Shown here: piece by piece, positions 54,979 to 63,621 of the stretch
How positions within the stretch are numbered: the first letter of the stretch is position 1
Layout of the letters: every line of letters starts with the position of its first letter
Position numbers and translations under genes: made by a program
Virus record (IMG/VR): IMGVR_UViG_3300047585_000133
Coordinates: 32,001-96,000 of that record
Strand: one strand, 5' to 3'
Source: a virus
Length of the DNA stretch: 64,000 nucleotides
Notes under the pieces: generated by a model
What the model was told of the DNA's origin: nothing
Databases searched by the model: none
Seen by the model: only the letters and a program-made list of their open reading frames with translations

Positions 54979-55226
54979 TGCTCCTCCGCCGGGTACCAGA
55001 GGGCGCCCTTCGGGTTAAGTTCTGCCCGGACGCGCCCCTGCTTCTCCAGTTCGCACAGGAGCGACAGCACGAGAGTCAGCGGCGCGGAGGAAGCCAGGAT
55101 CTCAGAACGGGCCGGGTGCTCTACCGGAATATGAAATCCCACCTGGAAGGCTGTCAGTCCCGGCTTCTCCGCCAGGATCGCGGCGACGGCCTGGAGCTGC
55201 CGCTCGCGGAGCTGAGCTTTGTTCAC
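54975..55226 (-). CDS. winged-helix-like small protein
   Basis: PGLTAFQVG...L.ELEKQGRV...W. Confidence 0.6.
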   Translation of the reverse strand: MNKAQLRERQLQAVAAILAEKPGLTAFQVGFHIPVEHPARSEILASSAPLTLVLSLLCELEKQGRVRAELNPKGALWYPAEEQ

Positions 55227-55540
55227 GGGACCGGCCCCAGGTACAGTGCGTCCTCGCCCAGGCTAACCAGGTACTTGGTGATTTCCTCGTGCTGCCGGGA
55301 GATGAACGACTCCAGGTTCTCGCGCTCAGACCGAAGCTGAGCCGACTGTGCAGAATAAACGCGGTCGCCTCCGGAGGAGCGGTAAGCATATTCGAGTTTT
55401 TGCTGCTCCCTCGTTATGTCAGCCAGCCGGTCTTCGGTACGGCTGGCCGCGCGGTACAGCGACAGAACGTGCTGGAGCTGCGCTTCAACTCGTGCATCCG
55501 GGTGCGGCTCGCGGGCCTGTGTCTTCCTTCTCGGGAACAT
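55223..55540 (-). CDS. hypothetical coiled-coil protein
   Basis: Divergent from the 55570 motif. Confidence 0.6.
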   Translation of the reverse strand: MFPRRKTQAREPHPDARVEAQLQHVLSLYRAASRTEDRLADITREQQKLEYAYRSSGGDRVYSAQSAQLRSERENLESFISRQHEEITKYLVSLGEDALYLGPVP

Positions 55541-55569
55541 GGTCAGATTCTATGCCGGGACTTGCATTT

Positions 55570-55592
55570 ATTACAGCTTTTCTTGATAAGAT
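55570..55592 (+). promoter_or_regulatory. 19-bp motif plus -10 TAAGAT
   Basis: ATTACAGCTTTTCTTGATAAGAT; leaderless ATG at 55599. Confidence 0.8.
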
Positions 55593-55598
55593 CTAAGC

Positions 55599-56114
55599 AT
55601 GCCGCGAATGCTAGACAGCCTGACGCCGGCGGAGATCCGCACGGCCGTCCTGGCGCAGATGCTGGAAGAAGGCCCTTGCGGCGGTCGCTGGACTGAGGCC
55701 TACATGCTGTACGGGCCGGTCGCCCAGCGGCTCGGCTCCGGCTGGGGCAGGTCAGGCATGCCCGAGCCGGGCCCGTACGGGGGGCGCCGTCAGGAGGAAG
55801 CGATCCTGAACCGCTACAACGGGCGGGTGACCAGCGCGCTGGAATCCCTCGCCGCCAGCGGCGACCTGGTTAAAGTCGGCAAGAACCAGCCCGGTCCGAA
55901 CGGGGTTACCTGGAGCGGGGTGCAGTACTGGGTCCCGGCTGCCTACGAGAAGGAGAAGCGCACGGCCGAGATAAAGGCGGACGCCGCCGCAGCGGAGAAG
56001 CTCCGCTGGGAGCGCGTCGCCGTGCGGCTGCTGCCGTTCGACATCATGCTGAAGAAGGACGGCTCCCTGTCCCTCGACGACTGGGAGCACCTGCTGGAGG
56101 CGACGGGCCTGTGA
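55599..56114 (+). CDS. hypothetical protein
   Basis: Leaderless, high GC3. Confidence 0.75.
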   Translation: MPRMLDSLTPAEIRTAVLAQMLEEGPCGGRWTEAYMLYGPVAQRLGSGWGRSGMPEPGPYGGRRQEEAILNRYNGRVTSALESLAASGDLVKVGKNQPGPNGVTWSGVQYWVPAAYEKEKRTAEIKADAAAAEKLRWERVAVRLLPFDIMLKKDGSLSLDDWEHLLEATGL

Positions 56115-56347
56115 ACGGCGGCATGGAACCAGCAGACCAGTACCACAGCGAAAAAGACGCTGCTCTCCTGGAGCGCGCAGCGGAGGTCCTCCAGCGCCGC
56201 TTCGGCCGCCTGACGTCCGGGGACCTGATCGACGGGCTCACCGGGGCAGCACTGTCGCTGCGGACCCGTACCGGGGACAGTCCGGTCATCAAGCCGCTCG
56301 CGCTGGTCGCTGAGATCCGCCGTCTCCGGAACGGAGAGCAGTCGTGA
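56111..56347 (+). CDS. hypothetical protein
   Basis: Coupled. Confidence 0.6.
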   Translation: MNGGMEPADQYHSEKDAALLERAAEVLQRRFGRLTSGDLIDGLTGAALSLRTRTGDSPVIKPLALVAEIRRLRNGEQS

Positions 56348-56487
56348 CCAGGTGGGACACGGCTGTCAGCGTGGCAGCGTGGAACGACCTGGTGAAGCGT
56401 TACCGCGAGGTCGGCGGAGAAGAAGCCAGCGACTTCGAGCTGGCGGAGCTGTTGCGGCAGAAGATAACGGAGGTGGAAGGCGAGTGA
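56344..56487 (+). CDS. hypothetical protein
   Basis: GTGA coupled at both ends. Confidence 0.55.
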   Translation: MTRWDTAVSVAAWNDLVKRYREVGGEEASDFELAELLRQKITEVEGE

Positions 56488-56930
56488 GCGGGAATCCTCT
56501 CAACTACTCGACGATCGTCAGCCCCGACAAGAGCGCGAACGAGTGCACGGCCATGCTCGGCCGGTTCGGCGCTGTCAGGACCGGACTGGCCTACGACCGG
56601 AACCGGGTGCCGTTCGGGCTGACGTTCGTGCTGAACACCCGGTGGGGCGAGCGCCTCTACGAGCTGCCGGTGGACTTCGAGGGCACCTACCAGGTCCTGC
56701 TGAAGGCCTACAAGGACGGGAAGATCAAACGGAGTTACGCCGAGCGCGGCCACGCACAGCGGGTGGCGTGGCGCGTCGTCAAGGACTGGCTGGAAGCCAA
56801 CCTGGCGCTGATCGAGCAGGGCCTGATGGAGGCTGACCGGGTGATGTTCCCGTACATGCTCGTCGCCCCGGAGCTGTCGGTCTTCAGTGCCTACGACGAG
56901 CAGCAGCCGGCGATCGGGAGCGGGCAGTAA
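56484..56930 (+). CDS. conserved phage protein
   Basis: NYST.V...AQRVAWRVVKDWLEA.LA..E......VMFPY. Confidence 0.8.
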   Translation: MSGNPLNYSTIVSPDKSANECTAMLGRFGAVRTGLAYDRNRVPFGLTFVLNTRWGERLYELPVDFEGTYQVLLKAYKDGKIKRSYAERGHAQRVAWRVVKDWLEANLALIEQGLMEADRVMFPYMLVAPELSVFSAYDEQQPAIGSGQ

Positions 56931-57018
56931 GCACGGCAGAGGACCTGACCACCCTGGTCCGCATCTACGAGCGGTTCGGCGGGTTCGACGAGGTCGACCC
57001 GCCCGAAAAGGAGGACGA

Positions 57019-57201
57019 GTGAGCGAAACACGGGCAACCCTGGCACCCGGGACGAGCCTTGAGGTGGTAGTGCCCGGTGCGCTGCTGAAGATCGATGTCG
57101 GAGACGACGGGGAGACGACGGTCCTGACGTTCACCGGAACCGGCACCGAGATCACCGGCATCGCGCCGTCGCTGCGCATCTCGCCCGGGGCGGACTGGTG
57201 A
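57019..57201 (+). CDS. hypothetical protein
   Basis: GGAGG RBS. Confidence 0.6.
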   Translation: MSETRATLAPGTSLEVVVPGALLKIDVGDDGETTVLTFTGTGTEITGIAPSLRISPGADW

Positions 57202-57500
57202 GCGCCCAGGACAAGCCCCGGTGCGCGACCGCGACAGACGCTCTCGTCCAGGCACTGACGGCGGCTGTGCGGCCGGTAGTCACCGGCCGGGTGGAAGGAC
57301 GCCTCGACAAGGTGGAATTCGGACGGTTCGCGGCCGAGGGAGCCGGGTGGTACTGGCAGCTCGGCGTCACCACCGAAATGTGCTCTGACCCGAAGCACCG
57401 GACTGACCTGGGCGACACCCTCGAACGGCGCATCCGGATGATCATCGAGAAATGGAAGCTGGATCTTGACAGGTACGAGCACCCACGGGAGGACGGATGA
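57198..57500 (+). CDS. hypothetical protein
   Basis: Coupled. Confidence 0.65.
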   Translation: MSAQDKPRCATATDALVQALTAAVRPVVTGRVEGRLDKVEFGRFAAEGAGWYWQLGVTTEMCSDPKHRTDLGDTLERRIRMIIEKWKLDLDRYEHPREDG

Positions 57501-57751
57501 CCCTAGACGAGGCCCGCGAGCACATCGGCGAGAGGGTGCTTTACTCCTCCGTCCCCGGCGAGTGCGAGGTTGGCGAGATCATCGCGGCCGGCAGGAAGTA
57601 CGTCCACGTGCTCTACTTCGGCCAGCCGAACGCGAAGGCGACGCCGCCTGAGCTGCTGACCCTCATGCGCGGCGGCAGCGTGCACGAGCACTTCCACCTG
57701 AACATGGCCGAGTCCGGGTTCCCGGTTCGAATGTACGGAGACGGCCTGTGA
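57497..57751 (+). CDS. SH3/KOW-like small protein
   Basis: IGERVLY...GEI......VHVLY. Confidence 0.6.
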   Translation: MTLDEAREHIGERVLYSSVPGECEVGEIIAAGRKYVHVLYFGQPNAKATPPELLTLMRGGSVHEHFHLNMAESGFPVRMYGDGL

Positions 57752-58551
57752 CGACTAGCAGGCGCAGAGTTCTCCTCGGGTGCGAGTGCTCCGGCCGGGT
57801 GCGGGACGAGTTCGCGAAGCTCGGCTGGGAAGCGTGGTCGGCTGACATCCTGCTAAGCGAAAGTCCCGACAGCGGCGTACAGGGACGTGGCTCGGCCCGG
57901 CATTACAAGGGCGACGTCCTCGACCTGTTCTCCTGGGATCACCCGGTGAACGGCTCACGGGACAGGTACAGGCGGCTGGACAATGACGGAGCAGACGCTC
58001 CGCTGTGGGACCTGGTGATCGCATTCCCGCCGTGCACGCACCTGTCGCTGGCCGGGGCGGTGTGGTGGAAGAAGAAGCGCGAGCCCCGGGGGTACTGGGA
58101 CGACGGGCTAGACAAATGGATCGAGATCCCCTCGCTCCAGGACGAGGCGGCTGGCTTCTTCATGGAGATGATCGGCGCCCCGGCGCCGTACGTGGCGGTG
58201 GAGAACCCGCGCGGGGACATGACCCGGCGCTACCGGGCGCCTGACCAGTACGTGCAGCCGCACATGTTCGGCGACCCCCTGATCAAGGCGACCGGGCTGT
58301 GGCTGAAGGGCCTGCCGCTCCTGGTCGCCGACAACCCCGTCGAGCCGGCCGGGCGGGTGGCGACCGGCGGGGGCTCGTGGCGCACCGACCGGGACAACCC
58401 TAAGGAAGGCTGGGAGCCGAGCAACCGGCATGAGGACGGCAAGGGCCGTAAGTTCCGGCAGCGTGAGCGCAACCGGACGCTGCCCGGCCTGGCACGGGCA
58501 ATGGCCCAGCAGTGGTCGGCTTTCATCGAAGAACAGGAGAAAACAGCATGA
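57748..58551 (+). CDS. phage-type DNA cytosine-5 methyltransferase
   Basis: VLLGCECSG, DLVIAFPPCTHLS (motif IV), VENP (motif VI), K.TGLWL, R.RT.PG.A.AMA.QW. Confidence 0.85.
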   Translation: MTTSRRRVLLGCECSGRVRDEFAKLGWEAWSADILLSESPDSGVQGRGSARHYKGDVLDLFSWDHPVNGSRDRYRRLDNDGADAPLWDLVIAFPPCTHLSLAGAVWWKKKREPRGYWDDGLDKWIEIPSLQDEAAGFFMEMIGAPAPYVAVENPRGDMTRRYRAPDQYVQPHMFGDPLIKATGLWLKGLPLLVADNPVEPAGRVATGGGSWRTDRDNPKEGWEPSNRHEDGKGRKFRQRERNRTLPGLARAMAQQWSAFIEEQEKTA

Positions 58552-58582
58552 AGATGCCCGATCCGGACCCGGCGGTGGCGCT

Positions 58583-59287
58583 GTGACGGCGAAAGGCAAG
58601 GACCAGCGCGGCCCCTGGGGCGAAGCGACGGCCGAGGCCACGGTGGACGAGGCGCTGAGGCTCATGAAGCCGACGAGGCACTGCACCCCCGAAGTGCTGG
58701 CTCTCCTGGCCGCCGAACTCCCCGGGATCTCCGGGTCCGTCTCGGAGATCGCGGCCATGAAGCCGCTGCGGCTGGCCTCTCGCCTGATCGGGATGCAGTT
58801 CGTGGACGAGGACGACCTGTTCGACATCGCCAGGGACGTGGACGAGGACGACCTGTTCGACATCGCCAGGGACCTGATCGCCGGGTTCCAGGCGATGCTC
58901 GGCCCTCAGCCTGAACCGGAAGCCAAGCCTGAACCTGAGCAGCCCAAGGCGGCGCCGGCCCCTGAGCAGCGCGCCCGGCAGAAGTCGGCTCGTACCGAGG
59001 AGGAGTACCGCAGGTTGCTGCTCGGCTCAGCCCAGGGACGCAAGAGCACCATGAGCGGCGACATCCGGCTCGGGGCGACAGTCATTGAGTCATTCGAGAC
59101 TATGAGCGGGGACGTAACCCTTGACGGCACCATCGTGCTCAGCGGCGGCAGCACCATGAGCGGTGACCTCCGGGGTTCTGCCTACATGCCGCGCGGTGCC
59201 AGGATCTCGACGATATCCGGTGACGACCGGCTCGACGTGCGCGTGGAGTCCTATGAGGAACTCGCCCGCCTGGCAGGCCTGACGTGA
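58583..59287 (+). CDS. hypothetical protein with C-terminal TMSGD beta-repeats
   Basis: Four T(M/I)SGD repeats; internal 12-aa duplication. Confidence 0.7.
   Translation: MTAKGKDQRGPWGEATAEATVDEALRLMKPTRHCTPEVLALLAAELPGISGSVSEIAAMKPLRLASRLIGMQFVDEDDLFDIARDVDEDDLFDIARDLIAGFQAMLGPQPEPEAKPEPEQPKAAPAPEQRARQKSARTEEEYRRLLLGSAQGRKSTMSGDIRLGATVIESFETMSGDVTLDGTIVLSGGSTMSGDLRGSAYMPRGARISTISGDDRLDVRVESYEELARLAGLT
58802..58873. repeat. perfect 36-bp in-frame tandem duplication
   Basis: GTGGACGAGGACGACCTGTTCGACATCGCCAGGGAC x2. Confidence 0.9.
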
Positions 59288-59754
59288 GCGGCCGGTGGAA
59301 CCTGTACTGGTACGAGGCCCGCGCGGTGATCGGCTGCGGAGAGGCGTACCTGCCGCTGGAAGACCTGGAGGCGGCGCTGCGGGAACTGCGGTGGCAGGAC
59401 ACCAGGAACCTGAACGTGGGTGCGGCTAACAGCAGAGAGGCCCGTGTCGTCATCGTGACAAGGGCACGGCACTCAGGCGAGGCAGCCGAGCGCCTCGTGG
59501 CGGGACTGGCTGCTGCCGCGCCGCGCGGCTGGAACTGGGCTCAGGCCGAGGTGGAGGCCCGCCGTGTCAAAGAGGGCATCGTCCGCTGGCCGAGACTGGC
59601 GGTGAACCCGGCGCTGGGGGAGCAGACGTGCGCCAGCGCAGCTACGTGGCTGGCCGGGCGGGCGGCGACGACAGAAGCCCCGGCGGCGGAGACGCTGGAG
59701 CTGCTGCGGATGTGCGGGCTGACCACCAGCGCGGGCAGGGAGGAGAACCTGTGA
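59284..59754 (+). CDS. hypothetical protein
   Basis: Coupled. Confidence 0.65.
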   Translation: MSGRWNLYWYEARAVIGCGEAYLPLEDLEAALRELRWQDTRNLNVGAANSREARVVIVTRARHSGEAAERLVAGLAAAAPRGWNWAQAEVEARRVKEGIVRWPRLAVNPALGEQTCASAATWLAGRAATTEAPAAETLELLRMCGLTTSAGREENL

Positions 59755-59987
59755 GCGCCTGGAACATCATGGGCTTCACGTCGGTCGAGCAGATGTACGT
59801 GGTCGAAGGGGCGCTGCGGCTGGAAGTCAGCTACGAGGGGTTCGTCATCATGGTGGGGACGGACTTCATCCGGCAGCAGGCATCCGGGTACGAGACCCCG
59901 AACCAGTTCGCTTCCGTGTGCCGGGACCGGGACGGGCGCCGGGCGCGGGCTCTTGAGCGGTACTTCGGGTGGGAGCAGGGTCTGTGA
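59751..59987 (+). CDS. hypothetical protein
   Basis: GGAGG RBS. Confidence 0.65.
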   Translation: MSAWNIMGFTSVEQMYVVEGALRLEVSYEGFVIMVGTDFIRQQASGYETPNQFASVCRDRDGRRARALERYFGWEQGL

Positions 59988-60105
59988 CGCAGGAGCCGGA
60001 GCGGCTGTCGTCCTGCTGCGGTGCGCCTGTCACGGTGAAAGGCCGGACGACGCAGTACTGGGCGTGCACGGGATGCGGGCAGCCGTGTGACGCAAAACCT
60101 GTCTC

Positions 60106-60128
60106 AATACAGCTTTTATTGATAAGAT
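60106..60128 (+). promoter_or_regulatory. 19-bp motif plus -10 TAAGAT
   Basis: AATACAGCTTTTATTGATAAGAT. Confidence 0.8.
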
Positions 60129-60155
60129 TCTGGCACGAGCCATTACGGAGGAATC

Positions 60156-60524
60156 ATGAACGGGTACGCGCTGCTGCGCTACGACATCAAAGAAGGCACG
60201 ATGACGTCGCTGGGCGTCTACCTGGCCGCTGACACGGCGGTAGCCAACGCCGAGTACGACGTAAACGCGCGCCGTGGCCTGCGGGCCGGTGCTGACGGCC
60301 AGCGTCTTGAGCCGGCGGAGGAAGAGATCTCCCTGGACTGGCAGGCTGCCGGGGACGAGCCGAGCGGCCTCGTTGCCTGCGACTGGTGGGCGGTCAGCGA
60401 CTACGGCTCGTACTACATCTCCACGGTCGAGGTAGTCGGGGAAAACACCTGGTCGGCCGCCGGGAAGGCTATGTCCCTGCTGCGGCAGGTGCTGACCTCG
60501 ATCGTGCGGCACGGGGCGGCGTGA
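60156..60524 (+). CDS. hypothetical protein
   Basis: GGAGG RBS. Confidence 0.7.
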   Translation: MNGYALLRYDIKEGTMTSLGVYLAADTAVANAEYDVNARRGLRAGADGQRLEPAEEEISLDWQAAGDEPSGLVACDWWAVSDYGSYYISTVEVVGENTWSAAGKAMSLLRQVLTSIVRHGAA

Positions 60525-60766
60525 ACCCGGTGCACGAAGAAGAACTGACCCCGGTATTGCAGATGGAAGCCGAGTACGCCCCGTATATCGGTTTTTCCTT
60601 TACCTGCGACTTCCGCGTGCTCGGTGATGAAGACTGGGAGTGGCTGCGTCTCCGGGCTGTCCCCGGGACAGATATCAAAGTCTGCGCGGGCAAGGTAGCC
60701 GGCACGGCAGAGATTACCTACGTGGACGAGATCCTGCGGGTAATCGGGCTTCGCGGGACGGCGTGA
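60521..60766 (+). CDS. hypothetical protein
   Basis: Coupled. Confidence 0.6.
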   Translation: MNPVHEEELTPVLQMEAEYAPYIGFSFTCDFRVLGDEDWEWLRLRAVPGTDIKVCAGKVAGTAEITYVDEILRVIGLRGTA

Positions 60767-60987
60767 TGACCAGGGTGCCGCCCACCGGGCTGTACGAGTG
60801 TCCGTGCGGCGAGTCCCACGTGCTGGACGCCGTACTGGGAGAGTTCATCGCGGACCTCGGGCCGGACAGGCTGACGGAGACCGTCCAGGGCACCTACCTG
60901 GTACCCCGTGTCTACATCTTCGCGCACGGTATCAAGGGCAAGAACGTCGCGAGGCTGGCATCGGTCTACGGGTGGGAGCAGGCATGA
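60766..60987 (+). CDS. hypothetical protein (CPCGESH)
   Basis: Coupled. Confidence 0.65.
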   Translation: MTRVPPTGLYECPCGESHVLDAVLGEFIADLGPDRLTETVQGTYLVPRVYIFAHGIKGKNVARLASVYGWEQA

Positions 60988-61289
60988 ACGGCATCGTGAA
61001 TATCCTGCTGGGACAGCGGGCGGACGGCAGGGCCGCCGGAAAAGACCGGAGGCCGTGGGCTGAGGGCGAGGAGGTTACCATCCTCGCGTGCGATCTCAGA
61101 ACCGGGAAGCCGGTACGGGGATCGCTTGTGGTGCACTGCTCAGTTGCCGAGGCCGACGGCTTCTACGTCGCTGTCCTCGTCGGCGACGGCCGGAAGGCTG
61201 CCTACGAGGTATTCCGTGCGCGTACCGGCTGGGACGTCCGTCCGGCCCCCAGCCCCTGGCGGCTGCACCACGGGAGCTGGAAGCGGTGA
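60984..61289 (+). CDS. hypothetical protein
   Basis: Coupled. Confidence 0.6.
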   Translation: MNGIVNILLGQRADGRAAGKDRRPWAEGEEVTILACDLRTGKPVRGSLVVHCSVAEADGFYVAVLVGDGRKAAYEVFRARTGWDVRPAPSPWRLHHGSWKR

Positions 61290-61489
61290 GCCGCCAGCTG
61301 ACGAAAGGCGAGCGGAACGAGGCCCGGCACCTGCTCCAGGAACTGTCGGAAACCGCTCGCCTGGTGCGGAACGCGGTCGAGCCGGAAACCGGCGTCTTCG
61401 TGCTGACGGCCGAGCAGTGGGAACAGCAGTGGAACCAGATGACGCTGGCGCTCGAAGTCTTCACGGCTCAGGTGAGGGCGAGGCAGTGA
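61286..61489 (+). CDS. hypothetical protein
   Basis: Coupled. Confidence 0.6.
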   Translation: MSRQLTKGERNEARHLLQELSETARLVRNAVEPETGVFVLTAEQWEQQWNQMTLALEVFTAQVRARQ

Positions 61490-61586
61490 CTGGCCGGCCG
61501 CACTGCCCGGTGCTGGTGGACCGGGCCACGGGCCTGACACCTGATCACGTGGAAACTGTCAGGGAATGGCTGAAGACGCTTTAAGT

Positions 61587-61608
61587 TTATCAATAAAAGC
61601 TGTATCCT
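61587..61608 (+). promoter_or_regulatory. 19-bp motif (reverse orientation) plus -10 TATCCT
   Basis: TTATCAATAAAAGCTGTATCCT. Confidence 0.75.
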
Positions 61609-61644
61609 GGTCTCCGAAAGGGAAATCGACCAGAGGGGACAGCG

Positions 61645-61845
61645 ATGCCGCGCAAGCCAGACCCGGACCCCGGCAAGCCGTGTGAGTTCGGCCCGCCGGG
61701 ACGGAATCACCGGGCGTCGTTCAATGTCTTCGCCGGCTTCGAGGCGCGGAAATCCTGCGGGCAGCACCTCCAGGAGGCGGTCCTGTGGGCAATCGGCATG
61801 AGCGGGGCTCCCGCCTCGGTCTACGACCTGAAAGCGAGGACCTGA
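61645..61845 (+). CDS. hypothetical protein
   Basis: GAGGGG RBS; C.QHL motif shared with 62371. Confidence 0.65.
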   Translation: MPRKPDPDPGKPCEFGPPGRNHRASFNVFAGFEARKSCGQHLQEAVLWAIGMSGAPASVYDLKART

Positions 61846-62072
61846 TGGCAACGGTCACGATCGGCGGCATCGAGGCGGCAGCAGACATCGAGGAAATCGA
61901 CGGCGTGTTCACGTGCGAGCTGAAGGCCGCCGCCGAAGAGGACCTGAAGGATTTCATCCGCCTGGCCGTGCCCGGCGCCAGGGCTGTTATCGCATACGAC
62001 GGCGGCGACGAGTACGAGTGCCGCGTGACCATTACCGACCCCTGGGACTACGTGACCGTGGTGGAGATCTGA
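61845..62072 (+). CDS. acidic hypothetical protein
   Basis: Coupled. Confidence 0.65.
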   Translation: MATVTIGGIEAAADIEEIDGVFTCELKAAAEEDLKDFIRLAVPGARAVIAYDGGDEYECRVTITDPWDYVTVVEI

Positions 62073-62221
62073 TGGATCCCGTGTGCCCCCGGTGCGGCTT
62101 CCCCGCCGAATCCGACGGCCAGGGCGGGCAGCAGCACGTCAGCCGCGCCGATGCCCTGGTATGCGGCCTGCTGTTCGGCGGCGGCAGCATGCTGGACTCC
62201 CTGCTGGACGAGGAGAGCTGA
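62072..62221 (+). CDS. hypothetical protein
   Basis: Coupled. Confidence 0.55.
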   Translation: MDPVCPRCGFPAESDGQGGQQHVSRADALVCGLLFGGGSMLDSLLDEES

Positions 62222-62222
62222 C

Positions 62223-62378
62223 ATGAGCGAGTTCCTGCTGGTCGAAGTAGACGGCGAATCGGAAGACAGCAACGAGCTGGAGGCTTACCTCTACAGCCTC
62301 GGGAACGTGATCTCGGTCAGCGTGCACGGTCCGGGATGCTGCTGCAAGAACTGCCCGTGGGACGGAAACCATGGCTGA
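62223..62378 (+). CDS. hypothetical protein
   Basis: AGGAG RBS. Confidence 0.55.
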   Translation: MSEFLLVEVDGESEDSNELEAYLYSLGNVISVSVHGPGCCCKNCPWDGNHG

Positions 62379-62775
62379 CAAAAAGGCGCTGTGCGGCTAC
62401 TGCGCGAAAGAACGCTCGTGGACGGTCACCCGCGACGTCCCCGGCTCCCCGGTGACTGCTGCCTGCTCGCAGCACCTGGCGGTCGCCTGCGCCAAGACGG
62501 CCGAGGTCACGGGAGCGGCATCGGTGACCGTCTACCTGGCCGGCAGAGGCGGGGAGACCGGGAACGGACAGCTTCCCGCAACTGAGCACGTCCTGGAACA
62601 AGTACGGCGGGTCGGCGCTCACTCGGCGGAACCTGAGACTGCCCATTCGATGGAGGACGCACTTTACCTGGGCGTCCTCGGGGCAATCGCCCAGGGAGCA
62701 CCGCAGCCGTCAGTCCTGGCGGCGGCGGCCCTGACGACGCAGCGGTACGGCTTCGAGAGACGAGCCGGACGGTAA
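62371..62775 (+). CDS. hypothetical protein; C-terminal half Ocr-like helical
   Basis: PETAHSMEDALY..VL.AIA motif. Confidence 0.6.
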   Translation: MADKKALCGYCAKERSWTVTRDVPGSPVTAACSQHLAVACAKTAEVTGAASVTVYLAGRGGETGNGQLPATEHVLEQVRRVGAHSAEPETAHSMEDALYLGVLGAIAQGAPQPSVLAAAALTTQRYGFERRAGR

Positions 62776-62799
62776 AGCAGATCCCGTGGGGGGACCGAA

Positions 62800-62961
62800 A
62801 TGAGCGAGGACCAGATAAAGGAAAACAGCACGGTAGAAACGCTCGCAACCGGGCGGCGCGGCACGGTGCAGTACGTCACCGCGAACGGCATGGCAGCCGT
62901 GCGGTTCGCCGGCGGGATCGCCGAGGCGGTTCCCGTGGGGGAACTGAGACTGATCGAGTAG
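62800..62961 (+). CDS. SH3/KOW-like miniprotein 1
   Basis: TGRRGTVQYV...AAVRF. Confidence 0.65.
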   Translation: MSEDQIKENSTVETLATGRRGTVQYVTANGMAAVRFAGGIAEAVPVGELRLIE

Positions 62962-63019
62962 GAGGAACAGTGGAAGAGGACGCGGAAACGGGGATCGCCG
63001 AGGACCAGGTGAACGGGCC

Positions 63020-63187
63020 GTGAGGGACATCGAGCCGGGCGACGAGGTCGTTGTGACTGGGACCGGGGAGCACGGAACCGTCCAGTACGTCATCAGCGAG
63101 CCGCAGGCAGCTGTCACGCTGGAGGACGGCAGCACGGTCGTCCTGGAGGTAAGCCTGCTCGACCTGGCCGGGGACGAAGCGCCGTGA
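63020..63187 (+). CDS. SH3/KOW-like miniprotein 2
   Basis: IEPGDEVVV..TGEHGTVQYV...AAVTL. Confidence 0.65.
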   Translation: MRDIEPGDEVVVTGTGEHGTVQYVISEPQAAVTLEDGSTVVLEVSLLDLAGDEAP

Positions 63188-63354
63188 GTCTCGCCTGGTG
63201 CCATATCTGCCCTGATGATCTCGTCGTGGACGGGGAAAGCGGCCACATGGGTACCGTCATCGAACTGAAGGGCGAGTACGCCCTGGTGGAGGTGGCGCTG
63301 CTCGGGCGGCACTGGATCCTCGCGGACGACCTGGAACTGGCGGCAAGAGCGTGA
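63184..63354 (+). CDS. SH3/KOW-like miniprotein 3
   Basis: SGHMGTVIEL.GEYALVEV...DDLEL. Confidence 0.65.
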   Translation: MSLAWCHICPDDLVVDGESGHMGTVIELKGEYALVEVALLGRHWILADDLELAARA

Positions 63355-63617
63355 AACCGCGATCGGTCCTGGTTCTGTGGATTGTCACCAGCGACCCGGA
63401 GCTTGACGTCCTGGCCGTCGACCCGCAGGAGCTGGGTATCGGCATCCCGGACGACGTGTTCGCCTACGCCTGCGGCATGTGGAAGCGCAACGCCCGGGTA
63501 CTGGTCACTACCCGGCGCACCGGGCTGCTGAACGGGCGCTGCGACGCGCTCCTCGGGCACGTCACCGCCGAAGAGGCCATTGCGGTAGAAGCGGCCCTGG
63601 CCGCACTGGTTTCATGA
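63351..63617 (+). CDS. hypothetical protein
   Basis: Coupled. Confidence 0.65.
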   Translation: MKPRSVLVLWIVTSDPELDVLAVDPQELGIGIPDDVFAYACGMWKRNARVLVTTRRTGLLNGRCDALLGHVTAEEAIAVEAALAALVS

Positions 63618-63621
63618 GCGC

